Shown: positions 28,510 to 38,572 of the stretch, in pieces
Layout: the number at the start of each line of letters is the position of its first letter
How positions within the stretch are numbered: position 1 is the first letter of the stretch
Origin: Elusimicrobiota bacterium
GTDB lineage: Bacteria > Elusimicrobiota > Elusimicrobia > FEN-1173
Direction of reading: 5' to 3'
DNA: 64,000 nt
Assembly (NCBI GenBank): GCA_016706425.1
Contig: JADJJR010000001.1
Span: forward strand, 619,133 to 683,132
The notes under the pieces: generated by a model
Told to the model about the DNA's origin: nothing
Databases searched by the model: none
Seen by the model: only the letters and a program-made list of their open reading frames with translations
Translations under genes and position numbers: made by a program

Positions 28510-29595
28510 GTGAAAAACCTGTTGGACGTGCCGTTCGCCGAATGGGGCCTCGCCCTGGAACTCGGCGACAAGGACGCCTACCGCGCCCGTCAGATCCTCA
28601 CGGCCGTTTTCCAACGGCGCGTCAAATCCTTCCCCGAGATGACCGACCTCCCCCAGGCCCTGCGCGACCGCCTGGCGGGGTCCTTTCGTCTCCGTTCGCT
28701 CACGCTGGTCCGGCGGGAGATTTCCGCCGCGGACGGGACCTCCCGACTTTTTTTTGAAGCCCCCGACGGGGGTTCGTTTTCGGCCGTTCTTTTGCCGAGC
28801 CGTCCCGGCGAGGACGACGAAGCCGACCCCACGGAGGCGGGGGCCAAGGGCCGGTCGGCCCGGACGGGGCTGTGCCTCTCCACCCAGGTGGGCTGCGCCT
28901 GGGGGTGCGTGTTTTGCGCCTCGGGACGCGTGCCCTTTGAAAGGGACCTGACGCCCGCCGAAATCCTCGAGCAGGTGTTCGTGGCGGAAGAGGTCCTGGG
29001 CGGTCGGCTGTCGAGCCTGGTCTTCATGGGTATGGGCGAGCCGCTGGCCAACTTCGATAATCTATTGACCGCCCTCCAGGCCCTGCGGTCGCCGCTGGGG
29101 TTCCATTTCGGGGCGCGCCACGTGACCGTATCGACAACCGGCCTCGCGCCCCAAATCGTCAAGTTGGCCGAACTCGCCCCCAAGGTCAACCTCGCCATCA
29201 GCCTGCACGCGGCCGATGATGAAACGCGCCGCCGCGTCATGCCGAAATCCGCCCGCTGGACCATCAAGGAGCTGTTGCACGCGGCCTGGGAGTACCAGCG
29301 GATCACGGGCGGGGTGCGGGTCACCTTCGAATACATCGTCATCAAGGGCGTCAACGATTCCGTGCGGGAAGCCCAAAGGCTTTCCAACATGCTCCGGGGG
29401 AAAAAAGCCTGGGTGAACCTTATCGCCTACAACCCCGTGCCCGGCCTGCCCTACGAACGGCCCTCGGAGGAAACCGTGGCGGGCATTGCCAAGATCCTGA
29501 AAGACCGCGGTCTCTTCGTCCACCTGCGCAAACCCCAGGGCGTCGACATCACCGCCGGGTGCGGCCAGTTGGGCGCGCCGCAAATGATAAAATAG
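28510..29595 (+). CDS. rlmN: 23S rRNA/tRNA (adenine-C2)-methyltransferase RlmN (radical SAM)
   Basis: CxxxCxxC-type cluster (CAWGCVFCASG); conserved RlmN N-terminal HhH region and C-terminal GCGQL. Confidence 0.9.
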   Translation: MKNLLDVPFAEWGLALELGDKDAYRARQILTAVFQRRVKSFPEMTDLPQALRDRLAGSFRLRSLTLVRREISAADGTSRLFFEAPDGGSFSAVLLPSRPGEDDEADPTEAGAKGRSARTGLCLSTQVGCAWGCVFCASGRVPFERDLTPAEILEQVFVAEEVLGGRLSSLVFMGMGEPLANFDNLLTALQALRSPLGFHFGARHVTVSTTGLAPQIVKLAELAPKVNLAISLHAADDETRRRVMPKSARWTIKELLHAAWEYQRITGGVRVTFEYIVIKGVNDSVREAQRLSNMLRGKKAWVNLIAYNPVPGLPYERPSEETVAGIAKILKDRGLFVHLRKPQGVDITAGCGQLGAPQMIK

Positions 29596-29623
29596 CCCAC
29601 TCTTTTCGAGGAGAAATCCGTCC

Positions 29624-30634
29624 ATGACCCCCAACGACATTGATCCCGTCAACGACACCCCCGGCGTGTGGCCCCTGTCCGCCCTGCGGCGGCGTTCCTG
29701 GGGGATGTGGGGGGGGCTGTTCGTCATCGCGCTTTTGGCCACACTTTTCTCCCTCCATTGGGTGATGAGCGCGCTTCTTCATTCCCGCAAAGTCGTTCAA
29801 GTGCCCGACCTGACGGGGAAAACCCTCGAGCAGGCTCTCGACCTTTTGGCTCCCCTCAACCTGTCCCTGTCCAAGGAAGGCATTCAGTTCGACGAGAAGT
29901 TCCAACCCGGCGCCATTGTGCGGCAGGCGCCGCCGGCGGGCCTGCGCGTGCGCGAATGGAAGATCGTCCGCGTCACCCTTTCTTCCGGCGGGCAGATCCT
30001 CTACGTGCCCGACACCGCGGGCGCGACGCTGACCGAGGCCCAGAACCGCCTGCGGACGGCCGGCTTGTCCCTGGGCGCCGTCAGCCAGGTTTACTCCAAC
30101 AAATTTGAGACCGGCTTGGTGATGGCGCAGAACCCCGATGCCGGGACCCTTTCCCATCCCGGCGCGATGGTGGACCTCACCGTCTCCAAGGGCGGGCCCC
30201 CGGCGGGAACCGTTTTGATGCCGGATTTCGTCAATAAACCCTATTCCCTGGCCCGCCAGTGGGCCGAGGACCAATCCTTGACGCCCGCGGTGCAGGAAAC
30301 GCTCACCGAAGACGCCCTGCCGGGGCTCGTGCTGAAGCAGAACCCCGGCCCGGACACCCCGGTGGGCGACGGCGCGGAGGTCCGGTTCGTGGTCTCCAAG
30401 TCCGACAGAAAAAACTCCAAAGACGTGACCCTGATCCGCTACAACGTGCCCGAAGGGACGGACCGCGTCCGGGTGCGCATCGTTTTGCGCGACGACGCCG
30501 GGGAGCGGGAGATCTTTTCGGACGAACAGAGCGCCGGCGCCCGGGTCGAGGTGCCGGTGTCGGTGGACGGACCGGCCCGCGCCCGGATTTTCGTGAACGG
30601 CGTCCTCGTCGAGGAGCGCCCCCTCGGCCGATGA
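29624..30634 (+). CDS. Membrane-anchored PASTA-repeat protein (no kinase or transpeptidase domain)
   Basis: Short cytoplasmic N-terminus, one TM, then three PASTA-like repeats (VPDLTGKTLEQA..., VPDTAGATLTEAQNRL..., MPDFVNKPYSLA...) plus a C-terminal domain. Sits between rlmN and rpe, where pknB usually lies. Confidence 0.7.
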   Translation: MTPNDIDPVNDTPGVWPLSALRRRSWGMWGGLFVIALLATLFSLHWVMSALLHSRKVVQVPDLTGKTLEQALDLLAPLNLSLSKEGIQFDEKFQPGAIVRQAPPAGLRVREWKIVRVTLSSGGQILYVPDTAGATLTEAQNRLRTAGLSLGAVSQVYSNKFETGLVMAQNPDAGTLSHPGAMVDLTVSKGGPPAGTVLMPDFVNKPYSLARQWAEDQSLTPAVQETLTEDALPGLVLKQNPGPDTPVGDGAEVRFVVSKSDRKNSKDVTLIRYNVPEGTDRVRVRIVLRDDAGEREIFSDEQSAGARVEVPVSVDGPARARIFVNGVLVEERPLGR

Positions 30635-31317
30635 GCCCGCGCCTCGCCATCGCGCCCTCCATCCTGTCGGCGGATTTCGCCCGCCTGGCCGAGGAGGTGC
30701 GCCGGGTTGAAAAAGCGGGCGCCGATTGGCTTCACGTGGACGTCATGGACGGCCACTTCGTCCCCAACCTCACCATCGGCCCCGTGGTCGTGCACTGGCT
30801 GAAAAAGTGCACCCGCCTCAAGCTCGACTGCCACCTGATGATTGAAAGCCCCGAGAAATTCATCCCCGCTTTCGCCAAGGCGGGGGCCTGGAACATCACC
30901 GTCCACGCCGAGGCCTGTCGGAAACCCAAAGACACGCTCCGCTTGATCCGGCGGCACGGTTGCACGGCGGGGCTTTCCCTGCGGCCCAAGACCCCCATCC
31001 AAAAATTGGCTCCCTATCTGAACGATGTGGCCTTGGTGTTGGTCATGACGGTGGAACCGGGCTTCGGCGGGCAGTCCTTTATGCCCGACATGATGCCCAA
31101 AGTCGCGTGGCTGAAAGAAAAATTCGCCCGCCGGGCCCCCGCCCGCCGCCCCTGGATCGAGGTGGACGGCGGCATCAACGCCGAGACCGCCGCCACGGCG
31201 GCGCGGTTCGGCGCCGAGGCGCTGGTGGCCGGCAACGCGATCTTCGGCGCCCCCAACCCGGCCGTCGCCCTGCGGGGCCTCCGCCGGGCGGCCCGCGCCC
31301 CCGCTCCGTTGATGTGA
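30631..31317 (+). CDS. rpe: Ribulose-phosphate 3-epimerase
   Basis: ATG overlaps the PASTA gene stop (ATGA). Motifs HVDVMDGHFVPN, DCHLMI, VMTVEPGFGGQ. Confidence 0.9.
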   Translation: MSPRLAIAPSILSADFARLAEEVRRVEKAGADWLHVDVMDGHFVPNLTIGPVVVHWLKKCTRLKLDCHLMIESPEKFIPAFAKAGAWNITVHAEACRKPKDTLRLIRRHGCTAGLSLRPKTPIQKLAPYLNDVALVLVMTVEPGFGGQSFMPDMMPKVAWLKEKFARRAPARRPWIEVDGGINAETAATAARFGAEALVAGNAIFGAPNPAVALRGLRRAARAPAPLM

Positions 31318-31431
31318 GCCGGACCGGCCGCGAACCGCGCCGCGTCGAATCATTCCCACTCATTCCACCAAGAACTTTTGCGCCGCCCCGGTGTCCCACC
31401 GGTGCGGCTAATTTATTTTGAGAGGACCCCC

Positions 31432-34400
31432 ATGAAAAAAACCCTTTGGCTGTTCGTTCTGTTGGCGGTGACGCGGTCGGCCCACGCCGTTGCGGTCGAC
31501 CGCGCCGGGGCGGAGGCGGCGTTGGCCCGGGGGGACTACGCCCAAGCGCTCACGGACTTTTCCGCGCTTGTCCTGCGGCCGGCCGTGGATGAAAACGTGG
31601 GCCAGGATTTTAAAAATGTCCTGCAATGCCTGGAACGATTGAATCGGTCCGGGGACATCGATTCTTTCCGGGACAAGGCGATCGGGGCGCACCCCGGCAA
31701 CTGGCGGCTGGCGGTGGCGGCCGCCGACAGCCTGCGGGAGACCCCTTCTTTTGGACACATGATCGATGGCCAATTCCACCGGGGTTACCCCCGGGTGTGG
31801 AATGTCCGCCTGGTGGACGCGGGCGAGCGGGACCGGGCGCGGGCGCTGGCTTGGTTGGAGAAGGCCCTGGACGCCGCCGAAAAAGAAACCCGCCCGGTCG
31901 CGGGCGATTTTTACCGGGCCCTGGCCGACACGCTTTATTCGCGGCGGGAGGGGGCGGGGGCCTGGCGGTTGGGCGCCTTGACCTCGACCACGGAATGGCC
32001 TGACTATGATGATTACGGCGGCGGGACGAGCGCCGCGGGCGCCCCAGTGGACCGGGCGGGTCAACCGGTGTTTCATCGCGCGCCGAGCGGATGGGCGACG
32101 GCGCGCTCGGACGGGGAGCGCTGGCGCTGGGCGTTGGCGGCCTGGGCCCGCGCCGACGCCGCCCGCGCCCCCGAAAGCCGGCGGCGGTACGCCGATTTTC
32201 TCTCCCAACAGTTCGGGGTCGAGACCCTGCAATCTTTCGGCTGGTTTTGGGGACGTGTGACCGACGACGAATCGACGGCGGCGGCCCTGTGGTCGCTGGA
32301 CGGGTTGGGGGAAGACGAGACCCTGGCCCGGTTGGCCACGGGGGTCAAGCGATTTAAATTGCCGCCGGAACACAACTTCATCGCGATCTACAAGTCCCTG
32401 GAGGGTTTCCGGGAACTGGCCCAAATCTTCGAGAACCGCCGCCAATACGAACGCGCCGCCCATTATTGGCGGCTGTCGATGGGGGCCGCCGCCGAGGTCC
32501 CCGCCCCCGACGCCCCGCCCACCCACGACGAAGCCCGTGAACACCTCCGTCAGATCCTCGGCCGGTGGGGAACGTTCGCGGACGAGGAAGCGCCCGCCGG
32601 GCGTCCGACGTCGGTGGCCTTTCGGTTCCGCAACGCGACCTCCGTGCGTTTTGAGGCGCACGCCTTGAACGTGAACCGCCTGATCACCGACGTGAAGGCC
32701 TATTTGCGTTCGGATCCCGGCGACTGGGACTGGTCGAAGATGAGCCTGAACGACATCGGCCAGCGGATCGTCTGGGAGGGGCAAGAGAAATACCGGGGAC
32801 GGCGGGTGGCCTCTTGGACGGTGCCGCTCACGCCCCGCCCCGGGCATTTCGACCGGCGCGTCACGGTGCCCCTGCCGTTTAAGGACAACGGGGCATTCCT
32901 TATCACCGCGCGCGTGGAGGGCGGCAACACGAGCCACCTCGTGGTTTGGCGCGACGAACTCGCCCTGGTTCAAAAGCCCGTCGGGGACGGCGATTTTTAT
33001 TTTGTCGCGGACGCGGCGACCGGCCGGCCCGTTTCGGGGGCGGTCTTGGATTTCTTCGGCTTCCGCAACGAATACATCGATTCCCGCGTCGGTCGCCCGC
33101 GCATGAAAACCCACGCGCGGGGTTTTTCCCGGACGGTCGATCAAAACGGCGGCGCGACGGTGGGCGCGGCGGATCTGGGACGGGACCATCAATGGTTGGT
33201 GGAGGCCCGGGACGCCCGGGGGCGGCGCGCGTTTTTGGGGTTTCAACATTATTGGTTCCGGTCCCGGTGGGAAGGCGAACCCGCCCGGGCGGCGGCGTTC
33301 CTGATCTCCGACCGGCCGGTCTACCGCCCCGAGCAAGTCGTCCGTTTCCGCGCCTGGGCGGACCGCGCCGCCCACGACCGGACCGGCCCTTCGCCCTTCG
33401 CGGGGGCGGCTTTTTCCGTCACGATTTACGACCCCCAGGGTAAAAAAGTGTTTGAACGGTCCGTCGCCGCGGACGCGCGGGGCGGTTTTGACGGGGAATT
33501 TCCCTTGCCGGCGGACGCCGCCTTGGGAGCCTATTCGTTGCGGGCCCTGGGGCCCGCCCAGGGGTTTTTGTCTTTCCGCGTCGAGGAATACAAGAAGCCG
33601 GAATTTGAAGTGACGGTTTCGGCGCCGACGGAGCCGTTGCGCCTGGGCGACGCCGCCGTGGTCAAAATCGCCGCCCGGTATTACTTCGGCGCGCCGGTGA
33701 CCGAAGGGAAAGTGAAGTTCAAGGTCCTGCGCACGAGCGAGGACGGACGCTGGTACCCGTCGGGGCCCTGGGATTGGCTGTACGGGAACGGTTACGGTTG
33801 GTTGGGCACGGAGGCGACCTGGTGGCCCGGCTGGGCGCGCTGGGGATGTTGGCGCCCCCGCCCCCTGTGGTTTCCCGTCGACCGCACCCCGCCCGAGATC
33901 GTGGCCGAAGGCGAGGCGTTTTTGGAAAAAGACGGCACGCTGTCCGTGCCCATCGACACGGCCCTGGCAAAGGCCCTGCACCCCGACCGGGACCACCGCT
34001 ACGAAATCACCGCCGAAGTGACGGACAAGTCCCGGCGGACGATCGCGGGGCGGGGGGCGATGGTGGCCACGCGGCAACCGTTTCGCGCCACGGCCTGGAC
34101 GGACCGCGGGTTTTACCGCACGGGGGAACCGGCGCGGGTGTCCTTCGCGGCGGTGACCCCGGGCGGGGCGCCCCTGGTCGGGGCGTCCGTGCGGGCGGTG
34201 TTGCACCGGTTGGTCCCCCGGGGAGCGGCCGCGCCGACGGAAGAGCGGCTCGAGGCCTGGGCGCTTCGGACCAACGCCGAGGGGCGGGGGGCGGTCTCCC
34301 TCAAGGCCCTGCGCGCCGGGCAATACCGTTTGAGCGTGACGATCACGGACGGCCGGGACCGGGACGTGGAGACCGCGGCGCTGTTCACGGCCCGCGGCGA

Positions 34401-37400
34401 CGGCGATCCGGGGAATGATTTTCGGTTCAACGACTTGGAAATCCTGCTGGACCGGCGCACCCACGCGCCGGGGGAGACGGCCCGGCTCCTGATCAACACC
34501 GCCCAACCCGGGGGCGCTGTGCTGCTCTTCGTCCGTCCGGTCAACGGGGTCTACCAACGACCGGAGCTGGTCCGGTTGGACGGTCGAAGCGGGCTGCGTG
34601 AGGTGCCGCTGGCCGCGGCCGACAGCCCGAACATTTTCGTGGAAGCGGTGGCCGTGCGGGACGGGCGGGTGTTCTCAGAAATTCGGGAAATCCTTTTGCC
34701 GCCCGAAAGCCGCGCCTTGAACGTGGAGGTGAAGCCGGTCGCCTCGACGGTGAAACCCGGCGAGACGGCGAAAGCCCGGGTGCGGCTGACGGACGCCGCG
34801 GGCCGGCCCGTGCGCGGGTCGCTCACCCTGGCGGTCTACGACAAGAGCGTGGAATACATTTCCGGCGGCTCCAACGTGGCCGACATTCGGGAGTTCTTCT
34901 GGAAGTGGCGCCGGTCCCACACGCCGGGCGGGCGCTCGGCCTTCGACCGGTGGGACCGGTCGTTTCCTTTGAAGGACCGTCCCGGCATGGGGCCCCTGGG
35001 GGTGTTCGGCGCGGCGGCCCAGGACGAATTCCAGGGATTGGACAAGGATCGTTTGCGGGAGGGGGGGGTCGCGGGAGGGGCGGCTTTGCGCAAGGCCGCG
35101 GCCCCCGCGGCGACGCGGAGCGGTGTTTCCTCGGCCAACGCGGTGGCGGACGCCGCCGCGCCGGAGGAGGAATCGAGGGCCGTCTCTCCGGGCGTTGAAC
35201 CGACGGTGCGCAGTCGGTTCGCCGACACGGCCCTGTGGGTCGGCCGCGTCGACACGGACGCCCGGGGCGAATCCACGGTGTCTTTCAAAGCCCCCGACAA
35301 CCTGACGACGTGGAAGACCCGCGCCTGGGCGGTGAGCGACGGGGCGCGGGTGGGCGAGGGGACGGCGGAGATCGTCACCGCGAAAAAATTGTTGGTCCGC
35401 CTGCAGACCCCCCGCTTCTTGGTTCAAAAGGACGAGGCGGTTCTGAGCGCCAACGTGCACAATTATTTATCGTCTCGAAAAGACGTGCGGGTGTCGCTGG
35501 TTTTGGAGGGGGACACCCTCGCATTGTTGGACGGCGGCGACCGCACGGTGTCGATCCCGCCCCAGGGCGAAGCCCGGGTGGATTGGCGCGTGCGGGCCCT
35601 TCGCCCCGGGCCGACGACGGCGCGCGCGAAAGCCGTGACGGACGAGGAATCGGACGCGGTCGAAATCCGTTTCCCGGCGCGGGTCCACGGCATGACGAAA
35701 ATCGAATCCTTCGGCGGGTCCCAGCGGCCCGAGGCGACGGCGTCGTCCTGGACCTTTCGCGTGCCGGCGGAGCGCCGACCGGAAGCCTCTCGGTTGGAGA
35801 TCCGCGTTTCCCCGAGCCTGGCCCTCGCCATGGTGGACGCCCTGCCCTATTTGGCCGACTACCCCTACGGGTGCACGGAGCAGACGCTGAACCGGTTCCT
35901 GCCCACCGTCATCACCCAGGGGGCGTTGCGGCGGCTCGGGATTTCCCTCGCCGACGTGCGGGAAAAACGGACGAACCTGAACGCCCAGGAGGCCGGGGAC
36001 CCGGCCCGCCGGGCCCGCCGTTGGGGGGGCGAGGAAGAACCGTTCCGGAACCCGGTGTTCGACGAGAAAAAAGTCGCCGACATGGCGGCCACGGGTTTGA
36101 AGCGATTGACCGCCATGCAACTTTCCGACGGCGGGTGGGGGTGGTTCAGCGGTTCGCGCGAGGAATCCTCGCCCCACACCACGGCGGTCGTGGTGGACGG
36201 CTTGTTGACCGCCCGGGGGGCGGGACTGAAGGTGCCCGCCGATGTCCTGGGCCGGGGCGTGGCCTGGTTGGCGCGTTACCAAGAGGGCGAGGGGGAGCGC
36301 CTGCGTCGCGGGGACGCGAAAAAAAGCGACGGCAAGGAGGCGGCCGACGAATTGGACGCCTTGGTATACCGGATTCTCGTGGACGCCGGGCGCGAAAGCG
36401 CCGTCTTGCGCGGGTATCTGTGGCGGGACCGTTTAAAAATCAGCCTCTACGCCCAGGGGCTACTGGGCCAGGCGCTTCACCGGGCGGGGCGAGCGGAGGA
36501 GAGCGCCCAGCTGCGTCGCCATCTGGCCCAGTACGTGGTCCGGGACGACGAGAACGAGACCGCCCATCTGCGCATGGACAACGCCCATTATTGGTGGCGT
36601 TGGTACGGCAGTGAAACCGAGGCCCACGCCGCGGTGTTGCGGTTTTTCCTGGCCGAGAACCCCCGGGACCCGGTGATCCCCCGCTTGGTGAAATACCTGC
36701 TCAACAACCGTCGGCACGGGACCTACTGGAACTCCACCCGCGACACGGCGCTGATTGTGGAGGCCTTCGCGGAGGTGTTGGCGGCCACCGGCGAGGACCG
36801 GCCGGATTACACCCTGACCGTGGCCGTGGACGGCCGGACCGTGAAAACCGTGGTCATCAGCCCGGCCAATCTCTTCACCTTTGAGAACCGGGTGGTCCTG
36901 GCGGGGGAGGACCTGTCCACCGGGACGCACACGGTGAGTCTCGTCAAAGCGGGTCGGGGCGCCCTTTATTGGAACGCCACCCTGGAAAACTTCACGATGG
37001 AGGATCCCCTGACCCGCGCGGGTTTGGAGATCAAGGTCGACCGGGCCTATTACAAACTTCGCGACGCCGGCGCGAGCGTCGCCGCCGTCGACGCGCGCGG
37101 CGGGCCCGTGGACCAACGGGTGGAGAAGAAGTCCCGCGTTCCATTGACGGACGGCGAGGAAATCAAGACCGGCGACGTGGTCCTGGTGGAATTGTCCGTG
37201 GAGTCCAAAAACGACTACGAATACATTCTGGTCGAGGACCGGAAACCGGCGGGGTTCGAACCCGTGGCCCTGCGCAGCGGGGAAAGCGGCGGACCGTACA
37301 TGGAGTTGCGCGATGAGCGGGTCGGGTTTTTCTTCCGGGCCCTGGGACGCGGACGGGTGAGCGTTTCCTACGAACTGCGGGCGGAGACCCCGGGCCGCTT

Positions 37401-37488
37401 CAGCGCGTTGCCCGCCCGGGCCCTGGGCATGTACGCCCCCGAATTGGCCGCCAACAGCGACGAGTTCAAGACGCGGGTGGCGGACTGA
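31432..37488 (+). CDS. Alpha-2-macroglobulin family protein (bacterial A2M, thioester-containing)
   Basis: Signal peptide MKKTLWLFVLLAVTRSAHA. MG-domain repeats. Thioester-like YPYGCTEQTLNRF (CxEQ). About 2,018 aa. Confidence 0.8.
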   Translation: MKKTLWLFVLLAVTRSAHAVAVDRAGAEAALARGDYAQALTDFSALVLRPAVDENVGQDFKNVLQCLERLNRSGDIDSFRDKAIGAHPGNWRLAVAAADSLRETPSFGHMIDGQFHRGYPRVWNVRLVDAGERDRARALAWLEKALDAAEKETRPVAGDFYRALADTLYSRREGAGAWRLGALTSTTEWPDYDDYGGGTSAAGAPVDRAGQPVFHRAPSGWATARSDGERWRWALAAWARADAARAPESRRRYADFLSQQFGVETLQSFGWFWGRVTDDESTAAALWSLDGLGEDETLARLATGVKRFKLPPEHNFIAIYKSLEGFRELAQIFENRRQYERAAHYWRLSMGAAAEVPAPDAPPTHDEAREHLRQILGRWGTFADEEAPAGRPTSVAFRFRNATSVRFEAHALNVNRLITDVKAYLRSDPGDWDWSKMSLNDIGQRIVWEGQEKYRGRRVASWTVPLTPRPGHFDRRVTVPLPFKDNGAFLITARVEGGNTSHLVVWRDELALVQKPVGDGDFYFVADAATGRPVSGAVLDFFGFRNEYIDSRVGRPRMKTHARGFSRTVDQNGGATVGAADLGRDHQWLVEARDARGRRAFLGFQHYWFRSRWEGEPARAAAFLISDRPVYRPEQVVRFRAWADRAAHDRTGPSPFAGAAFSVTIYDPQGKKVFERSVAADARGGFDGEFPLPADAALGAYSLRALGPAQGFLSFRVEEYKKPEFEVTVSAPTEPLRLGDAAVVKIAARYYFGAPVTEGKVKFKVLRTSEDGRWYPSGPWDWLYGNGYGWLGTEATWWPGWARWGCWRPRPLWFPVDRTPPEIVAEGEAFLEKDGTLSVPIDTALAKALHPDRDHRYEITAEVTDKSRRTIAGRGAMVATRQPFRATAWTDRGFYRTGEPARVSFAAVTPGGAPLVGASVRAVLHRLVPRGAAAPTEERLEAWALRTNAEGRGAVSLKALRAGQYRLSVTITDGRDRDVETAALFTARGDGDPGNDFRFNDLEILLDRRTHAPGETARLLINTAQPGGAVLLFVRPVNGVYQRPELVRLDGRSGLREVPLAAADSPNIFVEAVAVRDGRVFSEIREILLPPESRALNVEVKPVASTVKPGETAKARVRLTDAAGRPVRGSLTLAVYDKSVEYISGGSNVADIREFFWKWRRSHTPGGRSAFDRWDRSFPLKDRPGMGPLGVFGAAAQDEFQGLDKDRLREGGVAGGAALRKAAAPAATRSGVSSANAVADAAAPEEESRAVSPGVEPTVRSRFADTALWVGRVDTDARGESTVSFKAPDNLTTWKTRAWAVSDGARVGEGTAEIVTAKKLLVRLQTPRFLVQKDEAVLSANVHNYLSSRKDVRVSLVLEGDTLALLDGGDRTVSIPPQGEARVDWRVRALRPGPTTARAKAVTDEESDAVEIRFPARVHGMTKIESFGGSQRPEATASSWTFRVPAERRPEASRLEIRVSPSLALAMVDALPYLADYPYGCTEQTLNRFLPTVITQGALRRLGISLADVREKRTNLNAQEAGDPARRARRWGGEEEPFRNPVFDEKKVADMAATGLKRLTAMQLSDGGWGWFSGSREESSPHTTAVVVDGLLTARGAGLKVPADVLGRGVAWLARYQEGEGERLRRGDAKKSDGKEAADELDALVYRILVDAGRESAVLRGYLWRDRLKISLYAQGLLGQALHRAGRAEESAQLRRHLAQYVVRDDENETAHLRMDNAHYWWRWYGSETEAHAAVLRFFLAENPRDPVIPRLVKYLLNNRRHGTYWNSTRDTALIVEAFAEVLAATGEDRPDYTLTVAVDGRTVKTVVISPANLFTFENRVVLAGEDLSTGTHTVSLVKAGRGALYWNATLENFTMEDPLTRAGLEIKVDRAYYKLRDAGASVAAVDARGGPVDQRVEKKSRVPLTDGEEIKTGDVVLVELSVESKNDYEYILVEDRKPAGFEPVALRSGESGGPYMELRDERVGFFFRALGRGRVSVSYELRAETPGRFSALPARALGMYAPELAANSDEFKTRVAD

Positions 37489-37822
37489 GGTAAAGGGCTT
37501 TGTACTCCCGCAGGGCCGCGGCCAGGTCCGTGTAAGCGTTTTCGAAATCGACCAACAGTTGATCGTCGGGCGTGGGCCCGGCGGCCTTGAGTGTGTCGAG
37601 CTGCCGCCGGAGCACGAGCAGGCGCTCCTGGAGCCCGTCCAAGGCGATGGCGACGCGGGTGGGGTTGTGGCGGCTGTCCGCTTTCGCCTTCTCTTTAAGC
37701 CCGTTGATTTCCGCGGCGCGCGCTTCCACGCGCAGGACCAGCGCCTCCAGATCCACCGCGGGGGGCGCGGCTTTTCCGCAGGCCACCAGCCCCGCCGCCA
37801 GACAAACCGCGAACCTTTTCAT
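37466..37822 (-). CDS. Hypothetical lipoprotein (coiled-coil)
   Basis: MKRFAVCLAAGLVACG lipobox. Convergent 23-nt overlap with the A2M 3' end. Confidence 0.4.
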   Translation of the reverse strand: MKRFAVCLAAGLVACGKAAPPAVDLEALVLRVEARAAEINGLKEKAKADSRHNPTRVAIALDGLQERLLVLRRQLDTLKAAGPTPDDQLLVDFENAYTDLAAALREYKALYLSPPPAS

Positions 37823-37869
37823 GCCCCCATGATACTTGACGCGGTCCCCCTGTTCCATATACTATACAT

Positions 37870-38565
37870 TTGTATATGTTTAAAAACGACTGGATCACCG
37901 ATCAAATCCTCCGCGCCGCCGGGGAACTGGAGCGCGCCGGCGGCACGGTCCGCGCTTTCCAACGGACGGTGGCGGAGCGTCTGTCCGACCAGCCCCTGAC
38001 CGCCTGGGAACTGGCTTTCTGGACCCGGGGCGTCCGCCGGGGGCTCATCGCCTTGAACAGCCATTGGTTTCGGTTGGGTTCGGGCCGGCGGTCCTCGTTC
38101 GGTTTTTTCGTCCGGAACGAGGCCGGGCTCACGGTCGGCCTGCGACGGGAATCCCTGACGCAAGCCGCCGTGTACGCCGCGTTGATCACCCACTACGGCT
38201 ACCCGCGCGCCCGAACTCGCTTCGAATCGGAATTTTTGGACGTGGCCCTGCGGGACGAACGCGGCGCGGTGTCCCTTTACGCGGAAACCAAAGCTTCCGA
38301 CCGGGTGTTGGAAAAATTGGCGGTGGATCTGTCGACGGGTTATCACGACGGCCTCCCCCCGTTGGTTTTGGCCGAGGGCCAAAAACCTCCCGACGCCCAC
38401 CAAAAGGCAGCGCACATTTTGCGGACCCGGCCGGACCATTTTTGGGCGGTCTCTCCGAATCGGCGGCTGGCGTTCGCCGTTCGTTACGTCGGCCGCGGTT
38501 TCGGTTTGTCGCCGGTGGAGGACATCCCGATGTCCGCGCGGATGGATTTGTTTTCGATGGCCTGA
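37870..38565 (+). CDS. Hypothetical protein
   Basis: 231-aa ORF immediately downstream of an AT-rich promoter-like island (tatactatacatttgtatatgtttaaaaac). Confidence 0.45.
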   Translation: MYMFKNDWITDQILRAAGELERAGGTVRAFQRTVAERLSDQPLTAWELAFWTRGVRRGLIALNSHWFRLGSGRRSSFGFFVRNEAGLTVGLRRESLTQAAVYAALITHYGYPRARTRFESEFLDVALRDERGAVSLYAETKASDRVLEKLAVDLSTGYHDGLPPLVLAEGQKPPDAHQKAAHILRTRPDHFWAVSPNRRLAFAVRYVGRGFGLSPVEDIPMSARMDLFSMA

Positions 38566-38572
38566 GGGTTTT

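Noticed and set aside
31408-34557. 1,049-aa minus-strand ORF antisense to the alpha-2-macroglobulin gene
   Set aside because: Antisense artefact. The sense strand has the signal peptide, MG repeats and the CxEQ thioester motif.
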